A DNA stretch of 64,000 nucleotides from Thermoplasmata archaeon. GTDB taxonomy: Archaea; Thermoplasmatota; Thermoplasmata; Lutacidiplasmatales; UBA184. The DNA is taken from contig JAWOKS010000027.1 in the NCBI GenBank assembly GCA_033854115.1, forward strand, positions 17,290 to 81,289, written 5' to 3'. The notes under the pieces were generated by a model. That model was not told the DNA's origin. It did not search any database and worked only from the letters and a program-made list of their open reading frames with translations. Made by a program: the position numbers and the translations under genes. This document shows positions 46,569 to 56,753 of this stretch, one piece after another; the first letter of the stretch is position 1, and every line of letters begins with the position of its first letter.

Positions 46569-49500
46569 CTAGTCCGGGCGCCGTCCGTCGCCCGGAGGGT
46601 CCCCCGGACGGTACCCCGGTGCCGGGCCCCGACCTCGATGGGAGGGCACGAACTGGCCCGCGCGGCCGTGTCCGCTCGGGCGAACGTAACGGGGTCCGAG
46701 TCCCCCCGCCACGGGACCGACGGCCACGCCCGCGAGCAGGAAGAGGGACGGAGCCGGCGAGAACGTGGACGCCGTCGCCGGCACGAAGCTGACGGAGATG
46801 AGGGCCGGCCCGCCGGCGACGTGCAGGGGGTAGGGCGACCCGTAGCGGGTGTAGCCGTTCACCTTGCCGATCTTGTAGTAGTACGTCCCGTTCGGCAGCG
46901 GGAACTGGATCGTACTCGACCCTCCCGACCAGTGCGTCACCTTGCGCGCCGTGACGCTCCAGTTCGTGCCGGTGAGGAGGCCGGTCTCGGAGAACGTCAC
47001 GAGGTAGGTCACCCGCACGAACGGCAGGTTGACGGTCACGGACGTGCCGAGCGGATTGACCGCCCCGGTATGGTTGATCGTCGCCCAGCCCGAGATGCGG
47101 TGGACGGTGTAGCCGTTCGTCCCGTTCGGCAGGCGGAACTTGATCGTGTTGGTGGTCGACGAGTGGGTCACGTTGCCCCCGCTCGCCTTGGCGACCTTGA
47201 TCTTCCAAGAGTGGCCGACCGGGAGCCCGGTCTCCACGAACTTCACGAGGTAGGTCGAGAGGCGGAACTTCACGCCGTGCGTGACGTTCGAGCCGTCGAG
47301 GGTGATGTAGCCGCTCGTCCGCACCTTGTAGTTGGGGACGGGCGTCACGTTGTAGGCGTACTTCCCGGGGTAGAGACCCGGGAAAGCGAGGGTCGAGCTC
47401 GTTCCGCAGAGCGAGTAGCCGAGCGTCACACACCAGGTCGTGTTCGCGGGGAGTCCGTGCTGCGCGAAGGTGATCGTGTGCGTCTGCTGCGCGACGAACG
47501 TGACCGTGACCTGCAGGCCGCGGAAGTGGAGCACGAGGGGGGAGGGAGGCCAGGGGCTCGCTCCGTAGTGGAGCGGCGGGACGATCGTGTAGGCGTACGT
47601 GCCGTAGGGCTCGGAGAACGCGACGTGGCTCGCGTTGGTCGTCGCGGTCGAGCCCCCGAGGGTGATCGACCAGGAGGCGCCGGCGGGGAGGAAGTCCTCG
47701 ACGAACGTCACGACGAAGGCGGACGGGCTGAGGATCGTGAGGAGGCTCGCCGACGGGTCGGGCACGTAGACGAATCCGTGGCCCGGGTCGTAGGTCGGGA
47801 CCCCGGGCGCGGTGCTCACGTTGAGGTACTTGACCAGCGCATCCGCGCCGACGATGGCGGCCTGGCCGCTCGAGCCCATCGCGTAGACGTACCCGTTGGA
47901 CGGGTCGAAGACCCCCGACGTCGGACCGAGGGAGCCGAGCGGCACGGTCGCGCGGACCGAGGTGCCGACGAGCACGCTCGCGCTGTTCGAGCCGGTGTTG
48001 AGCACGACGACGCCGCCCGCGGCGGGGTTGTAGACGGCCGCCTGCGGGGAGGTGCCGACCGTCACCCAGCCGTGCACGCTCGTGCCCGAGAGGACCGTGA
48101 CGTTCCCGCTCGCCGAGTTCACGACATAGGCGAGGCCCGAGGCGGCGTTCACCGCGACCGCGTCCGGCGCGGAGCCGACCGGCACCGTCGCGAGAAGGCT
48201 CGCGCCGTCGAGGACGCTCACGGAGTTGCCGAGCGTGTTCGGGACGTAGACGTAGCCGTTCACGCTGTCGAACGCCGGAGCGGCCGGGCCGGACCCGACC
48301 GTGAGGGTCGTGACGACCGAGCTCCCGTTCAACACCGTGACGGACCCGTCGGCCGCATTCACCACGTCCATGAAGTGGTGGGCCGCGTCGTAGACGAGAG
48401 CGTCGGGACCGGCCCCCACCCCCACGTCCGCCACGTGGGTGGTGCCGTTGAGGATCGTGACGTTGTTCGAGCCCGAGTTCGCGATGTAGAGCGTCTCGTG
48501 GAGGGCGTCGTAGGCGATCGCCGCCGGCGAGGTCCCGACGGACGCGGTCCCTGAGAGGACGGCGCCATCGAACAGGTTCACCCGGTCGGTCGCCGGACTG
48601 ATCGCGGCGACCACCTTGTGCGCGCTATCGTAGGCGGCCGCCGACGGACCGCCCGTGACCCCGAGGCTCGTGAGCTTCTGGACCCCGTTGAAGACCGTGA
48701 CGTTGGACGAGAGCTTGTTCGCGACGTAGAGGAGCCCGCTGGTCGCGTTCAGGGCGAGCGCGGCGGGGGTCGAACCGACCGCGAGCGTGCCGACGCGCTG
48801 GGCGCCGCTCAGGACCGTGACGTTCGCGGAGCCTGAGTTCGCCACGTAGACGTAGCCGTTGAGCGGGTCGTAGATCCCGCTCGCCGGGCTCGTGCCGACC
48901 TTGACCGAGCCGACGACCGCCGAGCCGTTCAGTACCGTGACGTTGGCCGAGTTGGCGTTGAGGACGTCCACGAAGCCGTGGCGCGCGTCGTAGACGAACG
49001 CGCGGGGGAGGGCCCCCACATGCACGGTCCCGACGAGCGAGGTCCCCTGGAGCAGGCTCACGTTGTTCGTCCCCTGGTTCGCGACGTAGACCGTCGTGTG
49101 GACCGGGTCGTAGACGAGGGCGGCGGGGTGGACGCCGACCTTGATCGTCGCGACGACCGAGGTCGCGTCGACCACGCTCACCGTGTTGGAGTTGTAGTTC
49201 GAGACGTAGACGTAGCCGTTCGCGGCGTTGTAGACCGCGAACAGCGGGCTCGCGCCCACCGTGAGCGAGCCAACGACGCTGAAGTTGTGGAGGATCGTGA
49301 CGTTGCCCACGCCGGGCTCGGTGACGAACAGGTCGTGCGTCACCGGGTTGTCCGCGATCCCATACGGCGCGACCCCGAGCGGGATAGTAACCACGGTGGC
49401 GAGCCCCTGGAGCACCCGGACGTCGTTCGAGCCGGGGTTCGTCACGTAGACCGCGTGGAGCAGGTCATCGTAGGCGCTGTAGGCGGGGCCGATCCCGACG

Positions 49501-49925
49501 TTCACGGTCGCGACGACCCCGGTCCCGCGGAGGATGCTCACGTTGTTCGAGAACGTGTTGAGCGTGTAGACGAGGCCGTTCGAGGGATTCCACGTGAGAT
49601 TGACCGGCGCGAACCCGGTCGGCACGCTCGCGCTGAGCGGCCGGAGCAAAGGGTTCGAGGCGGACGCGAGGGGAACGACCGCAGCCCCCTCGGAGTAGGA
49701 GAGCGAGGACGGCTCCTGCCAGGCGGCCGGCGCGCGGGCCGAGGCGGCGGGCGACGTCACCGTGATGGCGGCGTCCCCCGCATGGCCGGGTGGGGCCACC
49801 ATCGCGGGGAGCGGCGCGGACAGGAGGAGCCCGGTGAGGACGGCCCCGACGGCTCCGAGCGTCCAAGGAAGGCGCGAGCGTCGCGACAAGGACGGCACCC
49901 CCGAAAGGAGAGGCGCACTGTCCAT
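46569..49925 (-). CDS. giant (1118 aa) secreted surface protein: YVTN-family beta-propeller repeats followed by 'GLPxGTxW' Ig-like repeat domains
   Basis: Signal peptide. At least 15 repeats of the YVYV(A/S)NxGSNNV(S/T)VL type (e.g. YVYVANSGSANVTVL, LYVANKLSSNVTVF, VYVTNPGSNDVRVL). The C-terminal third contains YLVTFSETGLLTGTNWSV, YLVKFVETGLPVGHSWKI and ITFAQHGLPANTTWCV units, homologous to the 25375..26883 repeats. Confidence 0.7.
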   Translation of the reverse strand: MDSAPLLSGVPSLSRRSRLPWTLGAVGAVLTGLLLSAPLPAMVAPPGHAGDAAITVTSPAASARAPAAWQEPSSLSYSEGAAVVPLASASNPLLRPLSASVPTGFAPVNLTWNPSNGLVYTLNTFSNNVSILRGTGVVATVNVGIGPAYSAYDDLLHAVYVTNPGSNDVRVLQGLATVVTIPLGVAPYGIADNPVTHDLFVTEPGVGNVTILHNFSVVGSLTVGASPLFAVYNAANGYVYVSNYNSNTVSVVDATSVVATIKVGVHPAALVYDPVHTTVYVANQGTNNVSLLQGTSLVGTVHVGALPRAFVYDARHGFVDVLNANSANVTVLNGSAVVGSVKVGTSPASGIYDPLNGYVYVANSGSANVTVLSGAQRVGTLAVGSTPAALALNATSGLLYVANKLSSNVTVFNGVQKLTSLGVTGGPSAAAYDSAHKVVAAISPATDRVNLFDGAVLSGTASVGTSPAAIAYDALHETLYIANSGSNNVTILNGTTHVADVGVGAGPDALVYDAAHHFMDVVNAADGSVTVLNGSSVVTTLTVGSGPAAPAFDSVNGYVYVPNTLGNSVSVLDGASLLATVPVGSAPDAVAVNAASGLAYVVNSASGNVTVLSGTSVHGWVTVGTSPQAAVYNPAAGGVVVLNTGSNSASVLVGTSVRATVPLGSLGPTSGVFDPSNGYVYAMGSSGQAAIVGADALVKYLNVSTAPGVPTYDPGHGFVYVPDPSASLLTILSPSAFVVTFVEDFLPAGASWSITLGGSTATTNASHVAFSEPYGTYAYTIVPPLHYGASPWPPSPLVLHFRGLQVTVTFVAQQTHTITFAQHGLPANTTWCVTLGYSLCGTSSTLAFPGLYPGKYAYNVTPVPNYKVRTSGYITLDGSNVTHGVKFRLSTYLVKFVETGLPVGHSWKIKVAKASGGNVTHSSTTNTIKFRLPNGTNGYTVHRISGWATINHTGAVNPLGTSVTVNLPFVRVTYLVTFSETGLLTGTNWSVTARKVTHWSGGSSTIQFPLPNGTYYYKIGKVNGYTRYGSPYPLHVAGGPALISVSFVPATASTFSPAPSLFLLAGVAVGPVAGGLGPRYVRPSGHGRAGQFVPSHRGRGPAPGYRPGDPPGDGRRPD

Positions 49926-50031
49926 AAGGGTCTCGGGGGCCCCCGGGAGACTCCGTCAAGGCCGGGGGAGCCGCCGGGCCTTCGGGGGGGGCCCCGCCAA
50001 GTTTTTCCCCCACGCCCGGTCGCGAGGGGCG

Positions 50032-51384
50032 ATGCCGCGAACGAAGATTGTGATCGTGGGGGCGGCCGGGCGGGATTTCCACGACTTCAACGTGCTCTAC
50101 CGGGGTCGGCCCGAGTACGAGGTGGTCGCCTTCACCGCGGCGCAGATCCCGAACATCGCGGGACGGACCTATCCGGCCGAGCTCGCCGGTCCCGGCTACC
50201 CCCAGGGCATCCCGATCGTCCCCGAGAGCGAGCTCGCCGACCTCGTCCGCCGCGAGAAGGTCGAGCACGTCGTCATGGCGTATTCGGACCTGCCGAGCAC
50301 CGAGGTGATGCACAAGTCGGCGATCGCGATGGCCGCCGGAGCGACCTTCGTCCTCCCGGGACCCCGCGAGACGATGCTCCGCTCGTCGCGGCCGGTCGTG
50401 AGCATCTGTGCGGTCCGCACCGGAGCGGGCAAGAGCCCGCTCACGCGCTACGTCTCGCGCCACCTCCGGGACGCGGGACGGAAGGTCGTGGTCGTGCGCC
50501 ACCCGATGCCTTACGGCAACCTCGCCGAGCAGGCCGTCCAGAGGTTCGCGACCGCCGAGGACCTCGACCGCGCTCACTGCACCATCGAGGAACGCGAGGA
50601 GTACGAGCCCCACCTCGCGGAAGGGGTCGTCGTCTTCGCCGGCGTCGATTACGAGCGGATCCTCCGGGCCGCGGAAGCGGAGGCCGACATCGTCCTCTGG
50701 GACGGCGGCAACAACGACCTTCCGTTCTTCGCGCCGGACCTCCACTTCGTGGTCGCCGATCCCCACCGGGCCGGGCACGAGCTCGCCTACTATCCGGGCG
50801 AGGCGAACTTCCGGATGGCCGACGTCATCGTGGTGAGCAAGACCGACTCGGCCCCGGCGGAAGCGGTCCGCACGGTCGAGACGAACGCCGCGGCCGCGAA
50901 CCCGCGCGCGACGGTCGTACGCGGGGCGCTCAAGATCGCGCTCGACCGGAAGGTCCCCCTCAAGGGGCGCCGGGTCCTCGTGGTCGAGGACGGTCCGACG
51001 CTCACGCATGGCGGCATGCGTTTCGGGGCGGCCATGCTGCTCGCCCGCGCCGAGGGGGCGGAGGTGGTCGACGCCCGAGCGAGCGCCACCGGCTCGATCG
51101 CCGAGGTGTATGCCACCTACCCCCACCTCGAAAAGGTGCTACCGGCGATGGGCTACAGCCCGGAGCAGGTCCGCGAGCTCGAGGCCACGATCCGTGCCTC
51201 TCCGGCCGAGGTGGTGCTCGACGGGAGTCCGGTCGACCTCGCCCGGCTGGTGAAGGTCCCGCAGCCCATCCTCGACGTCCACTACGCCTACGACGATCTC
51301 GGCGGCCGCGTGGAGGCCGTCCTGCGGTCGTTCCTCGAGCGGCACCCGCCCGGGAGCCCCCCACGGGGCGCCCGCGCGAAGTAG
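50032..51384 (+). CDS. COG2403-type P-loop protein (annotated in databases as a cyclic 2,3-diphosphoglycerate synthetase-like / predicted GTPase)
   Basis: Internal P-loop CAVRTGAGKSPLTRY. About 450 aa. ATG at 50032 is chosen over 90 aa of upstream low-complexity extension. Family assignment is from memory only. Confidence 0.5.
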   Translation: MPRTKIVIVGAAGRDFHDFNVLYRGRPEYEVVAFTAAQIPNIAGRTYPAELAGPGYPQGIPIVPESELADLVRREKVEHVVMAYSDLPSTEVMHKSAIAMAAGATFVLPGPRETMLRSSRPVVSICAVRTGAGKSPLTRYVSRHLRDAGRKVVVVRHPMPYGNLAEQAVQRFATAEDLDRAHCTIEEREEYEPHLAEGVVVFAGVDYERILRAAEAEADIVLWDGGNNDLPFFAPDLHFVVADPHRAGHELAYYPGEANFRMADVIVVSKTDSAPAEAVRTVETNAAAANPRATVVRGALKIALDRKVPLKGRRVLVVEDGPTLTHGGMRFGAAMLLARAEGAEVVDARASATGSIAEVYATYPHLEKVLPAMGYSPEQVRELEATIRASPAEVVLDGSPVDLARLVKVPQPILDVHYAYDDLGGRVEAVLRSFLERHPPGSPPRGARAK

Positions 51385-51432
51385 GCGGGGTCCGCGGGCG
51401 CGCCCGGCGCGCGCGGCGCAGGCTCGGGCCGC

Positions 51433-52884
51433 TCAGTCGATGCTCTCGACCGGAGGGGGAGGCGGCGGGATCCGCCGGCCCCGGAGCGCGGACGGGACGA
51501 GCGCGACCGCGACGAGCGCGGTCGACGCGAAGAAGATCCAGTGGATCGCGTCCAGGAACTCCGGGCCGGCCGAGAACGGCGTACCCGCGGCCGTCCCGAG
51601 GAAGATCGCCTGGATCTGCGGTCGGCTGAGCACCCCGGTCATGATCACGAGCGTGATCGCGAGGCTGATCGTCGAGCCGGTGTTGAGGAGCGTCGTGCCG
51701 ATGCCGGAGGCGATCCCGCGCCGGGTCGGAGGCACCGCGGTCATCATCGCCGCTCGGTTCGGCGCGGCGAACAGGCCCATCCCGGCCCCGACGAGGACGA
51801 GCGACGGCGCGAGCGCGAGGAACGACTCGTCCGGGCCGATGGTCGCGAGCCAGAGGAACCCGAGGGCCGAGACGAGGAGGCCCGTGAGAAGGAACGGACG
51901 GGGCCCGAAGCGGTCCGAGAGCCATCCGCTCACCGGGCCGAAGACCGCGAGCGAGACCGAGACCGGCACGAGAAAGAGCCCCGCGGTGAGGGGGCTCAGG
52001 AACCGGGGCGGACCCTGAAGGTAGAAGACGAGGATGAACGTGAACGCGCCGCGGGCGAGCGCGTTCAGGAACATCGCGAGCGAGCTCGCCGCGAACTCGC
52101 GGTTCCGCATAAGACCCAGGTCGAGCATCGGCGAGCTCTCGTGGAGCTCGACCTCGATGAACCCGACGAGGAGGAGACCCCCCGCGATGCCGGTCGCGAC
52201 CGCGAGCTCCCGGGAGATCTGGCCGAGGGCCCCGAGCGTGACCGCGAGGAGGACGAGCGCGAGACCCGCGGCGAACAGGATGTTGCCCGCCCAGTCGATC
52301 TTCGGGGCCGCCTCGGGCCGCGCAAGCTCGCGGAGATCGAAGCGGGCGCGCAGGGTCGCGACGATGCCGATCGGGACGTTGACGAAGAAGATCCACCGCC
52401 AGCCGATCGAGGAGGTGATGACCCCGCCGAGGATCAGCCCCGCGACCGCCCCCACGACGATCGACACTTGGTTCACGCCGAGCGCGCGACCGCGCTCGTT
52501 GGGCGGGAACGCGTCGGTGATGATCGCCGCCGAGTTCGAGAAGAGGAAGCCGGCGCCGGTCGCCTGGACGAGGCGGAAGAGGACGAGCTCGAGGCCGGTC
52601 TGCGAGAACCCGCAGAGGGCCGAGCCGACGGTGAAGATCGCGAAGCCGAGCACGTAGAGACGGACCCGCCCGAACATGTCGGACAGGCGGCCGAAGTTGA
52701 GGAGGACGACCGCGGTGAAGAGCGAGTAGCCGAGCAGGATCCAGAGCAGGAGGGTCGCGTTCGTGCCGGGGAGCTCGCGCCCGATCGTGGGGAGCGAGAT
52801 CAGCACGATGTTCGAGTCGATCGCCGACATGAGGGTGGCGACCGTCGTGTTCGTGAGGACGAGCCACTTGTACCGCATCGTCAC
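51433..52884 (-). CDS. MFS transporter, 14-TM drug:H+ antiporter (DHA2/EmrB-QacA) type
   Basis: 483 aa, about 14 TM. N-terminal half carries the MFS signature region (FGRLSDMFGRVRLYVLG). Confidence 0.8.
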   Translation of the reverse strand: MTMRYKWLVLTNTTVATLMSAIDSNIVLISLPTIGRELPGTNATLLLWILLGYSLFTAVVLLNFGRLSDMFGRVRLYVLGFAIFTVGSALCGFSQTGLELVLFRLVQATGAGFLFSNSAAIITDAFPPNERGRALGVNQVSIVVGAVAGLILGGVITSSIGWRWIFFVNVPIGIVATLRARFDLRELARPEAAPKIDWAGNILFAAGLALVLLAVTLGALGQISRELAVATGIAGGLLLVGFIEVELHESSPMLDLGLMRNREFAASSLAMFLNALARGAFTFILVFYLQGPPRFLSPLTAGLFLVPVSVSLAVFGPVSGWLSDRFGPRPFLLTGLLVSALGFLWLATIGPDESFLALAPSLVLVGAGMGLFAAPNRAAMMTAVPPTRRGIASGIGTTLLNTGSTISLAITLVIMTGVLSRPQIQAIFLGTAAGTPFSAGPEFLDAIHWIFFASTALVAVALVPSALRGRRIPPPPPPVESID

Positions 52885-52985
52885 CTCGGAGGCGACGAGC
52901 GCGGTCCCGCGCGGACCCTCGCGGCCCGCGCGCCCGCGCGGGGCCGGTCACCGCTCGACATCGGAGGTCGGGAGCGTCCCACGGG

Positions 52986-53429
52986 TCAGCCGAGCGGTCC
53001 CGCCGATGACTGGTAGCCCGCGATCTGGGCCGAGAGCTTGTCGATGTACTGGCGGAAGATCGCGATGACCTGGCGCGAGGTGATCATGCCGACGACCTGG
53101 TCCCCGGAGCGGACGATCATCCGCCGCACGCCGAGCGACGTCATCGAGCTCGCGACCTCGTCCGTGGGGGTCTCGGGAGCGCAGGCGTGCACGTTCGGCG
53201 ACGCGAGCGTCTTCACCGGGATCCCCGCCGGGTCGATCCCCGCCGCGACCACCTTCTCGAGGAAGTCCCACTCCGTCACGATCCCGGCGAGGGCGGCCTT
53301 CGGCCCCCGCGTGAGGACGGCGTAGCCCTTGCGCGCCGCCACCATGCGGCGAGCGCAGGCGAGCGCGTCGGTCTCCTCGTCCACGGTGAGGAGCTGGGCA
53401 TCCATGATGTCCTTCGCCTGGAGCACCAT
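52986..53429 (-). CDS. CBS domain protein
   Basis: Two CBS modules (AKDIMDAQLLTVDEETDALACARRMVAARKGYAVL and VASSMTSLGVRRMIVRSGDQVVGMITSRQV). Confidence 0.7.
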   Translation of the reverse strand: MVLQAKDIMDAQLLTVDEETDALACARRMVAARKGYAVLTRGPKAALAGIVTEWDFLEKVVAAGIDPAGIPVKTLASPNVHACAPETPTDEVASSMTSLGVRRMIVRSGDQVVGMITSRQVIAIFRQYIDKLSAQIAGYQSSAGPLG

Positions 53430-53507
53430 GGCGGCGGCGAGGGGGGCGTCCGTTAAGACCCCTCTCCAACGGCGGGGACGGCCGTCGGGGCGCCGGGCGC
53501 AGGCATT

Positions 53508-53771
53508 ATGAGCCGGCCCGCTCCCGCGGGGCCGGGTACGGGCGCGATGGCGATCGAGGACGAGGTCTCGCCGAACGCGGTGAAGGTCTATCGAGCGATG
53601 AAGGACCTCGGGATGATGGTCGAGGACAAGATGGGGACCGCCGAGCGGATCACGCAGTCGGCGAAGCTTCCGAAGACCATGGTGATGAACGCCTTGCAGG
53701 AGCTCCAGACGAAGGGCTGGGCCCGCCGCAAGGTCCGCGAGAAGGCGGCCGGCTACTTTCTCACGAAGTAG
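53508..53771 (+). CDS. small hypothetical protein, possible winged-helix DNA-binding protein
   Basis: 87 aa. MVMNALQELQTKGWARRKV resembles a recognition helix plus wing. Weak evidence. Confidence 0.3.
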   Translation: MSRPAPAGPGTGAMAIEDEVSPNAVKVYRAMKDLGMMVEDKMGTAERITQSAKLPKTMVMNALQELQTKGWARRKVREKAAGYFLTK

Positions 53772-53865
53772 TGCGCGGAGAGCGTCCGGCCGTCCGGACC
53801 GCGCGGCCTCCTTCCGTCCTTCCGGGACCCCGGGGGGTCTCCGGAAGCGAACCTCCTCCCGGGGC

Positions 53866-54306
53866 TCAGAGGATCAGGAGGGGCGCGGAGTAGCTCCCCG
53901 TGATGAACGTCGTCACGTTGTGGACCGACGTCGAGCTCGACGTGAACACGTAGCTCGAGGCCTGGGCCGAGAACGCGAAGGTCCCATTCGAGGCGTTTTC
54001 GCTGAAGAAGACGGCCCCTCCGACCGGGTAGATCGTCAGCGTGATGACGGTCCCGTACGCGGCCCGCCAGCTTCCCGAGATGTGCGACCCGATCGGGAAG
54101 GTGAGGACCTCGGTTCCGTCGCTGAGCCACCCCGAACGGAGCTGGGCGGAGAACGTGTGGGTCACTGGAACGAGCGCGAGGACGGCGATGAGGACGACCG
54201 CACCGGCGCCGAGCCCGAGCACGAGGAGCTTCCACCGCGGCCGCCCGCTGGAAGGCACGGGCCCTAGGTCCTCCCGGAACGGAGGCGCGGGGGCAGCCGC
54301 GCCCAC
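53866..54306 (-). CDS. hypothetical membrane-anchored beta-rich protein
   Basis: N-terminal TM (WKLLVLGLGAGAVVLIAVLALV) then a Ser/Thr-rich beta-type sequence. No family recognised. Confidence 0.35.
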   Translation of the reverse strand: MGAAAPAPPFREDLGPVPSSGRPRWKLLVLGLGAGAVVLIAVLALVPVTHTFSAQLRSGWLSDGTEVLTFPIGSHISGSWRAAYGTVITLTIYPVGGAVFFSENASNGTFAFSAQASSYVFTSSSTSVHNVTTFITGSYSAPLLIL

Positions 54307-54922
54307 CCCCGAACCGCGAGGACGGGGTGACGCTCCCGACCCTCGTTGGCGGGTCGGGTCTTGGCGGCGGGGGCCATCGCGGGAACATCCATCCTTCCGC
54401 GGCGATCCCCTCCGGGGGTAAGAGACCTGGGTGGGGAGGCGCCCCCGGCCGCTCGCCGGGGATCGCGCGGGTCAGAGGCCTGGCCACACGGAGCGCCGAG
54501 CGTGAGCTCCTTCTCAGAGATGACGAGGCGCTCGCAAACGGTCGACTTCGATCGGCGGAGGCGACGGGCGGGCTCTGCGAGCGAGACCCTGCGAGGAACG
54601 TCGAGGCACCGTTCGCCTACGGACCGCCGGAACCGTTCGCGCTGTCCGCGGCCCCGCCCCCGAAGGCGACCGGGCCGGTCACCTCCCTGAGCACCACCGC
54701 CGAAGCCACTGCGACCACCACCCTGAGGGTTCGCGGCCAGGGGCTCGTGGTTCACCTCGCGCGGACGAGACGAGCGCACGGGCTCCCGGGTGCGCCGATC
54801 AGGTCCGCGGGGACCTGCACCGGGTCGCACCCGGCTTGCCTCCAGTGGAGTCACTGGGGAACGGCGACCGGAGTCGACCCGACTCGGCGGAACGCCGTGG
54901 GCCGACCGGCCGGTGACCGAGG

Positions 54923-55885
54923 CTAGGAGGCAGCGTCGCGCGGCACCCCGCCCTGCGACCAGACCTTCTCCACGAGACGGCAGGTCGAGCGGAGCGTCAC
55001 TTCGGTGACGCTGCTCACGCGCGCGACCTGCGCGCGGGAACGGTGCTCGCCGTGGCGCTCGGCGGCGAGGTAGATCAACGCCGCGACCAGGCCGTGCGGG
55101 CTGAGGCCCGAGAGCTCGGGGTCCTCCCGGGTCAGGTCGAGCATCGACTCGACGGTCGAACGGACCTCCGACGAGAGAGCGAGCTCCTGCGCGTACCGGG
55201 CGAGGAACGCCTTCGTCCCGACTCCCGGGATGGGCAGCCCGGCCCCCCGGTGGATCATTTTGAACGTCCGTCCGACCTCCGAACGACGCGCCGAGACGGC
55301 GGTCGAGACCTCACCGAGCGTCCGGGGGATCGTGTAGCGCCGGCACGCTGCGTAGACCGCGGCCCCGACGCAGGAAGGAAGCGCGCGTCCGCGGAAGACG
55401 CCCGCGTCGCGAGCCGCGCGGAAGACCCGCTCGGCCTCGTCGACGACCACGTCGGGCAGGCCGAGCCGCTCGCCCGCGCCGAGGATCTCGCCGTGCGCCG
55501 GGGATCGGTCCGTACCCGCGTCCGGCCCCCGGGCGGTCTGCCGCTGCATGACCCGCCGGAGGTGCTGGAACTCGTAGCGACGGCGCCAGTCGAGACGACG
55601 GCCCTGGCCGTCCCGGGACAAGGAGAGGGTCGATCCGAGCGACCGGCGGGCCCCTCCCGGACGGACGAACGGGCCGATGCCCCGTCCGCTCCCCTCCGCG
55701 CTGGGTTCAGGAACCGGCGGGGGACCGTTCACCACGATCACCGCGGAGTCGAAGACAAGGCCGCACTCCGCGCAACACGTCTCCGAACGGGCAGGGTCGA
55801 CGATACGATGGGTGCTCTTGCACATCGGGCATGGCGCAGCCGCAAGATCGTGCGGCGTGGCCTCCTGCCTGCCCACCTCAGGCAT
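54923..55885 (-). CDS. tfb: transcription initiation factor IIB (TFB)
   Basis: N-terminal zinc ribbon CPMCKS...CCAECG, B-finger/linker, then two cyclin-fold repeats (e.g. GRALPSCVGAAVYAACR and HGLVAALIYLAAERHG). Confidence 0.9.
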   Translation of the reverse strand: MPEVGRQEATPHDLAAAPCPMCKSTHRIVDPARSETCCAECGLVFDSAVIVVNGPPPVPEPSAEGSGRGIGPFVRPGGARRSLGSTLSLSRDGQGRRLDWRRRYEFQHLRRVMQRQTARGPDAGTDRSPAHGEILGAGERLGLPDVVVDEAERVFRAARDAGVFRGRALPSCVGAAVYAACRRYTIPRTLGEVSTAVSARRSEVGRTFKMIHRGAGLPIPGVGTKAFLARYAQELALSSEVRSTVESMLDLTREDPELSGLSPHGLVAALIYLAAERHGEHRSRAQVARVSSVTEVTLRSTCRLVEKVWSQGGVPRDAAS

Positions 55886-55902
55886 GGTGGACGAACTGCC
55901 GG

Positions 55903-55921
55903 GTGGGGATATTAACCTGCG
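55903..55921 (-). promoter_or_regulatory. BRE/TATA promoter element for tfb (minus-strand TTAATATCC with an upstream purine-rich BRE)
   Basis: Plus-strand ggggatattaacctgcg reads on the minus strand as cgcagg-TTAATAT-CCCC. It is centred about 35 nt upstream of the tfb ATG, in an otherwise GC-rich context, consistent with a short or leaderless 5' UTR. Confidence 0.45.
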
Positions 55922-56078
55922 TCCAACGCTCGGAACTTAGTTACCTCCCAAGAACGCTCGAAGACGGGGACCCCGGCCGGCCCCTCGGAAGCCGCGACCG
56001 GCGGCTCGACGCGGGCGGGCTGCCGTGCCGATCGAGCCCCCGAGAGACCAGGAGAGGGGGCCAGAAATTGGATAGGGG

Positions 56079-56753
56079 GTGCCCTGCTGGGGGCACCTCG
56101 TGCGGAGCGGGCTCGTGGCCCTCGGGGCGGCGCTAGCCCTGGTGGGGGCCGGGGTGGTCATCGTCGTCACCTCCACCGGGAACATCCCTACGGTGAGCCG
56201 GACCAGCCTCGCCACGATCGACCAGCTCGCGAGCGACGATTGGCGCCTCGACGTGGTCCCCGCGACGGTCGCCGACCCGGCGACCCTCGCGCTCGGCTGG
56301 AACGCCTCGGGGCCGATCGACGTGAGCTGGTACGTGGCCGTGCGCTGCAACTCCCCCCTCACCCCGTGGTGCCTGCAGATCCCGGCCCTCTTCACGTGGA
56401 ACGGGAGCAAGACCGGCTCGTGGAGCCACTCCGGCGCGGCCGCGGCCTACTACGGGCTTCTCGTGGAAAGCCCTCCGGGAGCTCATCCGCCGGTCAACTT
56501 CACGGCCGTCTTCGAGGAGCAGTACCGGTCCGGTCCCCTCACCATGCCGTTCTGGCCGCTCGTGATCGCCATGGCCGGCGGGAGCCTCCTCGCCGGGATC
56601 GGCGCCGTGGCCGTCTACCTCGGGATCTTCCTTCCGTCCGGCACCTACCCCCGCCTCCCCGACCGTGAGCGGTTCCCCGACACGGGGCTCGACGACCCGG
56701 ACCTCGAGGAGCCGACCGACGCAGGTCCGACGAGGACCCCGCCCGGTCACTGA
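56079..56753 (+). CDS. hypothetical membrane protein (N- and C-terminal TM helices, extracytoplasmic middle)
   Basis: TM at GLVALGAALALVGAGVVIVV and at WPLVIAMAGGSLLAGIGAVAVYLGIF. The 3' end overlaps the convergent infB by 7 nt. Confidence 0.4.
   Translation: MPCWGHLVRSGLVALGAALALVGAGVVIVVTSTGNIPTVSRTSLATIDQLASDDWRLDVVPATVADPATLALGWNASGPIDVSWYVAVRCNSPLTPWCLQIPALFTWNGSKTGSWSHSGAAAAYYGLLVESPPGAHPPVNFTAVFEEQYRSGPLTMPFWPLVIAMAGGSLLAGIGAVAVYLGIFLPSGTYPRLPDRERFPDTGLDDPDLEEPTDAGPTRTPPGH

Noticed and set aside
46524-48554. 676-aa plus-strand ORF and other long frames within the YVTN repeat region
   Set aside because: Mirror-frame artefacts of the periodic repeat DNA. Only the minus frame 46569..49925 gives recognisable YVTN and Ig-like units with a signal peptide.
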